From NCBI GenBank assembly GCA_919902985.1, contig CAKKSC010000021.1, positions 29,676 through 93,675 on the forward strand: a DNA stretch of 64,000 nt, written 5' to 3'. Made by a program: the position numbers and the translations under genes. Positions 53,996-60,366 of this stretch are shown here, piece after piece. The notes under the pieces were generated by a model. The model had not been told where the DNA came from. It worked only from the letters and a program-made list of their open reading frames with translations, and made no database searches. Origin of the DNA: Desulfuromonadales bacterium. Its GTDB lineage: Bacteria > Desulfobacterota > JAENJC01. The stretch's first letter is position 1. Every line of letters begins with the position of its first letter.

Positions 53996-54454
53996 TTATG
54001 CTCCTTTGAGAAAGATGTTCATCCCGTACCAGATAGCTGTATACCAGGGGATTGAAGCCGCGTTTCCAATACTGATCTGGTATAGACCCGCAGCCAAAAG
54101 TATTAGAAAGGCCAGGGTTGAGATATCCAGTTCATGGCCTGTTAACCTTTTAACCTGCGTATTGAAGTCATTGAAAGTAGTTTTTATCCCTGCAGCCACA
54201 GTAGGGGTCTGATTTGCTCCGTTAAGCCTGAAGAGCTTATTGGTTTCAGCAATTTTCATTACCGATGTAGAGTTTCCTGAATGGATTATCAGTATACTCC
54301 CGGTCAGTGGATTGACCTCTGTCCGGTCTATTCCCTTATGTTGCTGCAATAAGGCGTTGGCGTTCTTAAAGTAACTATCATCGCCCTTTTTGGATGGAAT
54401 TTTTACCCGTATTCTTCCAGAGGTCTGATGGCTGAGGTACGCATCAGGCAGCAT
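53996..54454 (-). CDS. HMA-like (CoBaHMA-like) domain protein with C-terminal hydrophobic segment
   Basis: MLPDAYLSHQTSGRIRVKIP...NPLTGSILIIHS, then a predicted TM helix (ISTLAFLILLAAGLYQI). The ORF is open to 54535. Confidence 0.4.
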   Translation of the reverse strand: MLPDAYLSHQTSGRIRVKIPSKKGDDSYFKNANALLQQHKGIDRTEVNPLTGSILIIHSGNSTSVMKIAETNKLFRLNGANQTPTVAAGIKTTFNDFNTQVKRLTGHELDISTLAFLILLAAGLYQISIGNAASIPWYTAIWYGMNIFLKGA

Positions 54455-54755
54455 TAACAGCGCCCTCCTGAGCGATGCCGGCTGTTTGCACGACCTCCTG
54501 CTGGGGCTCGGCCAGCTCGGATTTCGACTCGGCAATAAGGTCTTCGACTACCTCCTGCATCTCGGCCATTACCTCTTTTCCTTTTTCAAAGACGATGAGT
54601 CCCCCCTTGATTGCGCCCTTGGCCAGGGGCTTTGCGACCGCTGCCGCAATAGGTATAACGATAGGCGCCAGTATTGCAGCGCCCAGACCTATTACAAGCA
54701 TAGGTACGATGTTGCTCCCTTTTAGAACGCCTGTGATGTCATCAAACAGTGCCAT
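54444..54755 (-). CDS. Small membrane-associated protein resembling the DUF5132 family (tentative)
   Basis: 103 aa: MALFDDITGVL...PMLVIGLGAAILAPIVIPIAAAVAKPLAKGAIKGGLIVFEKGKEVMAEMQEVVEDLIAE. One hydrophobic helix followed by an amphipathic acidic tail. Confidence 0.4.
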   Translation of the reverse strand: MALFDDITGVLKGSNIVPMLVIGLGAAILAPIVIPIAAAVAKPLAKGAIKGGLIVFEKGKEVMAEMQEVVEDLIAESKSELAEPQQEVVQTAGIAQEGAVNAA

Positions 54756-54784
54756 TTGTCCTTTACCTCCTGATTTGAAATAGG

Positions 54785-55156
54785 CTATATGAGTATAGCC
54801 AAATATGATAAAGCGCTTCCTTCAAATGCCTTCTCTACAAATGTCCCGAAAAGGGCTTTTTTAACGACATGTCCTGCCTTTGTAACAGCAGAGTGTATAT
54901 ACTGGTCGTTTGTTATGGCCCTTGAAGGATCAAAATAGCTGGCCCTTCTGAGAACGCCTAATATCTCCCTGGAATGAACAGTCCTTGGATCATAGTTGAT
55001 TACAATGCTTCCAGTAATAATATTAATTTCGGTAGACAATATTCCCTTGATTTGCCGGAGCAGACCCCCAACCTCCTCAGCTATCCAACCTTTCCCTTTA
55101 ATCGCTGGATTTTTAACCCTTAATCTACCAGGGACATCGTGAATATAATGATCCAT
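54785..55156 (-). CDS. Small HMA-like (CoBaHMA-like) domain protein
   Basis: GGAGGTG RBS 8 nt before the ATG at 55156. MDHYIHDVPGRLRVKNPAIK...NIITGSIVINYDP. The ORF is open to 55189. Confidence 0.45.
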   Translation of the reverse strand: MDHYIHDVPGRLRVKNPAIKGKGWIAEEVGGLLRQIKGILSTEINIITGSIVINYDPRTVHSREILGVLRRASYFDPSRAITNDQYIHSAVTKAGHVVKKALFGTFVEKAFEGSALSYLAILI

Positions 55157-55175
55157 CCAACTCACCTCCACTTTT

Positions 55176-55379
55176 TTATTTAAAAGCAAAGTCGTTATAT
55201 CTTTGTCCGTGATTTAAGCCATGCACCATGAGTAGTGGACAGCGGTGATGCTCTTCGGTTTTGCAGTACCTTTCAAGTTCAAAGGCGCTTGGAGTCATAT
55301 GAAATGTAGAGGCATTACACATCTTATTTTTTTTGATAGTTCCTAAATACGGGCAATCGCCTATTTCACTTGGCTTCAT
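55176..55379 (-). CDS. Small Cys4-His protein, paralogue of 42198..42407; first gene of the cation-cluster operon
   Basis: 67 aa: CPYLGTIKKNKMCNASTFHMTPSAFELERYCKTEEHHRCPLLMVH, with the same Cys/His spacing as the paralogue. Confidence 0.45.
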   Translation of the reverse strand: MKPSEIGDCPYLGTIKKNKMCNASTFHMTPSAFELERYCKTEEHHRCPLLMVHGLNHGQRYNDFAFK

Positions 55380-55422
55380 AAAAACCCCCTCATTTTGATC
55401 TGCTACACTTTAAACTATAAAT

Positions 55423-55461
55423 ATTACAAGATTGTGACAGTTGCATTAAGATTTGGTTACA
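55423..55461 (-). promoter_or_regulatory. Pho-box-like array: ATTACA / GTGACA / ATTAAG / GTTACA at 11-bp phasing
   Basis: Hexamers start at 55423, 55434, 55445 and 55456. The nearest repeat is 44 nt upstream of the ATG at 55379. A TATTTATAG -10-like element follows. Confidence 0.6.
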
Positions 55462-56512
55462 GTTGAGCCTTTCTGAACGATACTGTAAAGGTGCTTCCGA
55501 CTCCCTCTTTGCTTTTTACCGAGATACTGCCGCCCATTGCATCCATAAGCAATCCGACAATATAAAGGCCCAGTCCGGTCCCTTGTGCCCGTTCGCTGCC
55601 TTTAGCACGAAAAAACTTTTCAAATATCTTTGGCAATTCATCCTCAAAGATTCCGTATCCTGTATCCTTGACAGAGACCTCAATGCCGTTGGATATATTG
55701 TTGGTATATATCCAGATATTCCCATTTTTCCTGTTATATTTAACGGCATTGGATAAGAGGTTTATCAGTACCTGTCTTATCGCAACGGTATTACCGCCGA
55801 CCACACAGGGCTGGTCGTTTATGAGATGGATATCTATCTCCTTACTCACCGTATTGGCACTGACTGTGTTTATTGCCCAGTTAAGCTGCTCGGAAATGTC
55901 GACATTTTCCAAAGGAAATAAACCATCGCCTTTCTCAAGTTTAGACAAGAGAAAGGCATCGTTTAAAAGGCTGTCCATATGGTTGGCGCTGGAATTTACG
56001 TAATACAGGTATTTGCCGTTATCTCCATTCTCCATTGCCAGCTTGCTGAAGCCTCCAACAGTAGTAAGAGAGTTTTTCAGCTCATGGACCAGATATTGAA
56101 GGGAGTCATGCCCTTCTTTCTCTTTTCTTTTAAGGGTTTTTATAGTCTTTTCTTTTTCCAGAAGCCTCTTTACCCTGAGCATCAGTTCCTTTACTGAAAA
56201 CGGCTTCGAAAGGTAATCATCAGCGCCAATGGTTAGACCCTTAATCTGTTCCTCCTTTGTAGACAGGGCAGTGAGCATGATTATAGGTATAGTCATACCT
56301 TTAGAACGCAAGGCTTCACAAGTTTCCCATCCGTTAAGACCTGGGAGCATTATGTCCAAAAGTATGAGATCGAGGTTATGCGTCTGTAAAGCAATTATAG
56401 CCTCTTCCCCGTTTTGGGCAGTCACGGTGCTGTACCCTTCCTTGTGGAGGTTGTACCTGAGCAGCTCAATAGTGTCCTTTGTGTCCTCAACGATTAAGAC
56501 CGTTTCATTCAT
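55457..56512 (-). CDS. Hybrid response regulator - histidine kinase (REC - HisKA - HATPase_c)
   Basis: N-terminal REC (VLIVEDTKD...ILLDIMLPGLNG...IIMLTA...K). H-box LVHELKNSLTTV. N, G1 and G2 boxes (LLSNAVKYN, DTGYGI, GTGLGLYIV). Confidence 0.8.
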   Translation of the reverse strand: MNETVLIVEDTKDTIELLRYNLHKEGYSTVTAQNGEEAIIALQTHNLDLILLDIMLPGLNGWETCEALRSKGMTIPIIMLTALSTKEEQIKGLTIGADDYLSKPFSVKELMLRVKRLLEKEKTIKTLKRKEKEGHDSLQYLVHELKNSLTTVGGFSKLAMENGDNGKYLYYVNSSANHMDSLLNDAFLLSKLEKGDGLFPLENVDISEQLNWAINTVSANTVSKEIDIHLINDQPCVVGGNTVAIRQVLINLLSNAVKYNRKNGNIWIYTNNISNGIEVSVKDTGYGIFEDELPKIFEKFFRAKGSERAQGTGLGLYIVGLLMDAMGGSISVKSKEGVGSTFTVSFRKAQL

Positions 56513-56648
56513 CTCGGCATCCAGTGGAATATGGCTGTCACTATCCCGACAACTGTAATGGCTGCCAGAAACATTTCTATTACCTTCTGTGATTCGTCGT
56601 TAAACATCTTCCCCTCCTTTTTGTTTCCGAAAATAATACCCGCCGTTT

Positions 56649-56708
56649 TGTAGGGGAGGGGCTTGTCCCCTCCAGTTGCGGGGGGGCACAAGGGACCGCC
56701 CCTACATG
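56649..56708. repeat. Second copy of the GTAGGGGAGGGGCTTGTCCCCTCCAG...CCCCTAC REP-like element
   Basis: See 43609..43672. The 69-aa ORF 56509..56718 is largely a translation of this repeat. Confidence 0.7.
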
Positions 56709-57130
56709 GATGTTTCAATTATTTTACCTGGAGACCTTGTAATAGCCATGAGTCTCAACCCTCCAAGCGCTGTAATCAAAAGGGACATGGCAATCAGTTC
56801 CTGCCACTCAAGTCTGTGTTGATAGAGCGCTATCATTAGTTCCCTCATGATAAAGACCAGGGTCATGTCTGCGATAAGGGTTATCCTGACCCTGTGGAGC
56901 TCAAAGTATTCCAGGAGTCCCTTGAAAAGCTCCAGGACAACAATCATCCCAAGGATGTCCGAGACCAGCGTATTAAACCCGACCTCTATGCTTGCACTGA
57001 ATATCTTTCCCATGTCGAGAAAAATCCTGGCAGTGCCGATCACGAGGGCAAGGATGACAAACAGGGTAAGTGTCTTGAACACAGTATCTGTTGCGACCTG
57101 CGAGGCCTTCTTAAAATCAACATTTATCAT
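56702..57130 (-). CDS. Small 4-TM membrane protein resembling the phosphate-starvation-inducible PsiE family (tentative)
   Basis: 142 aa with four hydrophobic helices and a central ...LELFKGLLEYFELHRVRITLIADMTLVFIMREL... region similar in layout to PsiE. Preceded by a Pho-box-like array. Confidence 0.4.
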   Translation of the reverse strand: MINVDFKKASQVATDTVFKTLTLFVILALVIGTARIFLDMGKIFSASIEVGFNTLVSDILGMIVVLELFKGLLEYFELHRVRITLIADMTLVFIMRELMIALYQHRLEWQELIAMSLLITALGGLRLMAITRSPGKIIETSM

Positions 57131-57177
57131 ACGTTTATCTCCTTTTTATGATTTCAGATGGAGTTTAACAAAGGATT

Positions 57178-57216
57178 GTTACGGGTTTATGACGGATAGG
57201 TTAAGATTTAGTTACA
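57178..57216 (-). promoter_or_regulatory. Pho-box-like array: GTTACG / ATGACG / GTTAAG / GTTACA at 11-bp phasing
   Basis: Hexamers start at 57178, 57189, 57200 and 57211. The nearest repeat is 48 nt upstream of the PsiE-like ATG (57130). It lies in the intergenic region shared with the divergent intI gene. Confidence 0.55.
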
Positions 57217-57243
57217 ATTTTAATTAAAAGGATTTTCTGTGTT

Positions 57244-58293
57244 ATGATGAAATACAAAGGGGATATGAAATGGTCAAGATTGAAGGGCGGCAGTCGTTTC
57301 AATGAATGGCGATGCCTTGATAAGTCCGGTTCCCCGGACTGGGACAAGATAATAGAAGACCTTGCTGCTGAGATCAAGACCCGTCACTATTCCCGGAAGA
57401 CCCTAAAGACTTATGCGGACTGGTGCCGAAAGTTTCAGAAATTCCTGAAAAACAAGCCTACAGAGGCATTGACATCGGATGATGTGAAGGCATATCTCAC
57501 CTATCTTGCCGTGAAGCGCAAGGTTGCCGCATCTACTCAGAACCAGGCTTTCAATGCTCTATTGTTTTTATACCGGCATATCCTGAAGCAGGATTTTGGC
57601 GTCCACAAGGACATCCCACGCGCCAAGAGATCGAGATATATTCCGGTGGTGCTATCGCGTCAGGAGATTGAGGCCGTGCTGAATCATCTCGATCATCCTT
57701 ACAGCCTTGCGGTTAAGCTGCTGTATGGTTGCGGACTCCGTCTTTTTGAATGTGTGAACCTGAGGGTGAAGGATTTTAATTTCGATGCCCGGGTACTTAC
57801 AGTCCGCGGAAAAGGGAATAAAAGCAAGACCGTGCCTATCCCGAAAAAGATAGTACAGGAACTGACAGCCCAGCTTGAGGCTGTAAAAAGGCTCCACGAC
57901 GAAGATTTGGCGGCGGGGTTTGACGGCGTTTTTTTAGATGACCAACTCGAAAAGAAATATCCGAGGGCCGCGAAGGAGTTTATCTGGCAATGGTTCTTCC
58001 CTCAGAAATCATTGACTCTTGTTGATGAAACTAAGGAGCGGAGACGGTATCATCTTCATGACTCACACGTCCAGCAGGCGTTGTACGAGTCGGTAAGACT
58101 GGCAAAACTCACGAAGCGGGTCACCTGTCACACCTTCCGCCACTCTTTTGCCACTCACCTATTGCAGGCCAATTACGATATCCGTACCATACAGGTGCTT
58201 CTCGGCCACAGCGATGTGCGGACGACTATGATATATACCCACTGTGTGCCAAGCAGGACTGTGAAGGAGGCGAAGAGTCCGCTGGATTTCTGA
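57244..58293 (+). CDS. intI: Integron-type tyrosine recombinase (IntI)
   Basis: Tyrosine recombinase boxes (R...HxxR...Y: TFRHSFATHLL...IRTIQVLLGHSDVRTTMIYTHC). The IntI-specific additional domain is LEKKYPRAAKEFIWQWFFPQ...RRRYHLHDSHVQQA (compare IntI1 [21 protein letters not shown]...RRHHMYDQTFQRA). Confidence 0.8.
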   Translation: MMKYKGDMKWSRLKGGSRFNEWRCLDKSGSPDWDKIIEDLAAEIKTRHYSRKTLKTYADWCRKFQKFLKNKPTEALTSDDVKAYLTYLAVKRKVAASTQNQAFNALLFLYRHILKQDFGVHKDIPRAKRSRYIPVVLSRQEIEAVLNHLDHPYSLAVKLLYGCGLRLFECVNLRVKDFNFDARVLTVRGKGNKSKTVPIPKKIVQELTAQLEAVKRLHDEDLAAGFDGVFLDDQLEKKYPRAAKEFIWQWFFPQKSLTLVDETKERRRYHLHDSHVQQALYESVRLAKLTKRVTCHTFRHSFATHLLQANYDIRTIQVLLGHSDVRTTMIYTHCVPSRTVKEAKSPLDF

Positions 58294-58401
58294 AGTTGTG
58301 ATAAAGGCCCGGCAAATTTCCTTACTGACTGAAATCTCCGTTTGTAAAAAAGTTCAATTTAAAATATAATCGAAAACCGTAAATGTGCGGAGGACTTTTA
58401 A

Positions 58402-58737
58402 ATGAACCCAAAAGTAAGAAACGCCGTTACAGACTTTGTAAAGATGGTAAAAGAAGGGGATGTGGCCTCAAAAATAGATTTTATAAGGCTCTATGGTTCA
58501 GCATTGGGCGATGAATACAAGCCGGAAAAAAGCGATGTGGATTTATTCATTGTCTCTGCCGATAAGGGTGTCTATGAAAGGATACTCGATTATCAGAATG
58601 AAGTGGGGCTCAAATACGGCATTCCTCTTTCTATTGTTTTTGATACAGAGGACGAGTTTGAGAAAGAAATGTCATACGGCTCCTCTTTTTTGAAGAATGT
58701 CATTAACAGCGGGGAGCTGCTATATGGGCGAGGCTGA
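58402..58737 (+). CDS. Minimal nucleotidyltransferase (MNT) domain protein, antitoxin-like partner of the HEPN gene
   Basis: GSxxxG...D-x-D motif in LYGSALGDEYKPEKSDVDLFIV. 111 aa. Immediately followed by a HEPN-domain gene. Confidence 0.7.
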   Translation: MNPKVRNAVTDFVKMVKEGDVASKIDFIRLYGSALGDEYKPEKSDVDLFIVSADKGVYERILDYQNEVGLKYGIPLSIVFDTEDEFEKEMSYGSSFLKNVINSGELLYGRG

Positions 58738-59114
58738 TGTTCAGCTAAAGATAGCTGAAAATGCTTGCTGATGCAAAGCTTCTGTATGAGCAGAAACGGT
58801 ACAGGTCGGCGGCAAGCAGGGCATATTATGCCATCTTTCACGCGGCGAAGGCCTTGCTTAACCAAGTTGGTCAAAGCTGCCAGTCTCACGGTGGCGTCAT
58901 AAGCAGGTTTGGGCAATATGTCGTGAATACGGGCCTTATGGATAAAGACTTTTCATAATTTTTTGGCCGCGCATATAACCTTAGAGAGAAAAGCGATTAC
59001 GGACTTCTATTTGAGGGTATAGAGGAAGAGGTTGGAAGAGTGGTTTCAGATGCTGAAAAGTTTATTGACGAGGCGACAAAGGTTTTGCACCAACTGCAAA
59101 GTAAACTAAAATGA
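58724..59114 (+). pseudogene. HEPN-domain toxin-like gene, disrupted (N-terminal frameshift and an in-frame TAA)
   Basis: Three collinear pieces rebuild a complete HEPN domain: MGEADVQLKIAENA (frame of 58724); MLADAKLLYEQKRYRSAASRAYYAIFHAAKALL...GLMDKDFS then TAA at 58959; then FFGRAYNLREKSDYGLLFEGIEEEVGRVVSDAEKFIDEATKVLHQLQSKLK in the same frame, ending at the TGA overlapping the panC ATG. Confidence 0.55.
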
Positions 59115-59959
59115 AGGTCATTGAATACATTCATGAGATGAAAGAGGCATCTCAGGCCTTGAGAGCTGAGGGTAACAAGATATCCTTTGTCCCTACAATG
59201 GGCTATCTTCACCAGGGTCATCTGAGCCTGTTGAAGAAGGGGAGAGATGTTGGTGATCTCCTTGTTATGAGCATATTTGTAAACCCTGCCCAGTTTGCCA
59301 AAGGCGAAGACTTTGAACGATATCCCAGGGATTTTGAGAGAGATAAAAAGATGTGCGAAAGCGAATCTGTAGATATCCTCTTTCTTCCTAACGCCAGAGA
59401 GATATACCCTGATGGATATCAGACATATGTTGAAGTTGAGGGGGTCACAAAAAACCTTTGTGGAACCTCAAGACCTGGGCACTTCAGGGGCGTGGCAACT
59501 GTGGTGACTAAGCTGTTTAATATCGTCAGGCCGCATTATGCGATATTCGGGGAGAAGGACTTTCAGCAGTTAGTTACGATAAAGAGGCTTGCACTCGACC
59601 TGGATATGGATGTGGATGTCATCGGGATGCCGATTGTCAGGGAGGCCGACGGCCTTGCAATGAGTTCCAGGAACAGTTATTTGGGCCAGGAAGAGAGGGC
59701 GGCAGCCGGAAGCATCTACAGGGCTATTCAGCGGTCAAAAGAGGTGTTTGATGAAGGGGAAAGGTCTGCCGGGATACTCTTGAACGAGGCCAGGAAAGTG
59801 GTGGAAATCAGTCCCCTTATCGAGCCGGAATATGTTAAACTGGTAAATATGGGGACAATGGAAGAGGTAGACAGGGTTGAGAATGAGGCCCTGCTGGCCA
59901 TTGCTGTGAGGATTGGGAAGACAAGGCTGATAGATAATATTATATTACGGAAGGCGTAG
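59111..59959 (+). CDS. panC: Pantoate--beta-alanine ligase (pantothenate synthetase)
   Basis: HIGH-like motif VPTMGYLHQGHLSLL and overall PanC pattern. 282 aa. Confidence 0.9.
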   Translation: MKVIEYIHEMKEASQALRAEGNKISFVPTMGYLHQGHLSLLKKGRDVGDLLVMSIFVNPAQFAKGEDFERYPRDFERDKKMCESESVDILFLPNAREIYPDGYQTYVEVEGVTKNLCGTSRPGHFRGVATVVTKLFNIVRPHYAIFGEKDFQQLVTIKRLALDLDMDVDVIGMPIVREADGLAMSSRNSYLGQEERAAAGSIYRAIQRSKEVFDEGERSAGILLNEARKVVEISPLIEPEYVKLVNMGTMEEVDRVENEALLAIAVRIGKTRLIDNIILRKA

Positions 59960-59984
59960 GGGCGGGTTTCAAACCCGCCCCTAC
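59956..59984. repeat. Perfect 12-bp-stem hairpin GTAGGGGCGGGT-ttcaa-ACCCGCCCCTAC overlapping the panC stop codon (REP-like; sister of 9577..9605)
   Basis: The palindrome is read directly from the sequence. No U-tract follows it, so it is not a canonical intrinsic terminator. Confidence 0.6.
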
Positions 59985-60003
59985 AATTCATGGAGGGGTA
60001 GAA

Positions 60004-60366
60004 TTGCAAAGAATAATGCTGAAATCTAAGATACACAGGGTCACGGTGACTGACGCCAACCTTGAATACGAGGGAAGCGTAACTATTGACGAGACACTCA
60101 TGAAAGAGGCGGACATTATTCCGTTTGAACAGGTTCGGATATACAACATCTCCAACGGCAACCGCTTTGAGACGTATGCTATAAAGGGGAAGAAGGGGTC
60201 GGGGACAATCTGTCTCAATGGTGCGGCTGCCAGAAAAGCCCACAGGGGGGACCTTCTTATAATTGCAACATATGTCTCTATAGAGGACAAAGAGTTAAAG
60301 GGGTTCACTCCAAAACTCGTGCTGGTTGATGATAGAAACAAGATGATAAAGAAAGGAATGAAATGA
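60004..60366 (+). CDS. panD: Aspartate 1-decarboxylase
   Basis: MLKSKIHRVTVTDANLEYEGSVTID... with the G-S self-processing site and PanD length (120 aa). Confidence 0.9.
   Translation: MQRIMLKSKIHRVTVTDANLEYEGSVTIDETLMKEADIIPFEQVRIYNISNGNRFETYAIKGKKGSGTICLNGAAARKAHRGDLLIIATYVSIEDKELKGFTPKLVLVDDRNKMIKKGMK

Noticed and set aside
56509-56718. 69-aa ORF overlapping the start of the REC-histidine kinase gene.
   Set aside because: Its N-terminal two-thirds is a translation of the GTAGGGGAGGGG...CCCCTAC REP-like element. At most the last ~30 codons (a single hydrophobic helix) could be real, and there is no RBS evidence.
57131-59110. Looked for attI next to intI and for attC sites after the MNT/HEPN pair to call a cassette array.
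   Set aside because: No convincing R''-L''...L'-R' palindrome with GTTRRRY cores was found by eye. The HEPN remnant runs directly into panC, leaving no room for an attC. Only the integrase and a decayed TA pair are reported.
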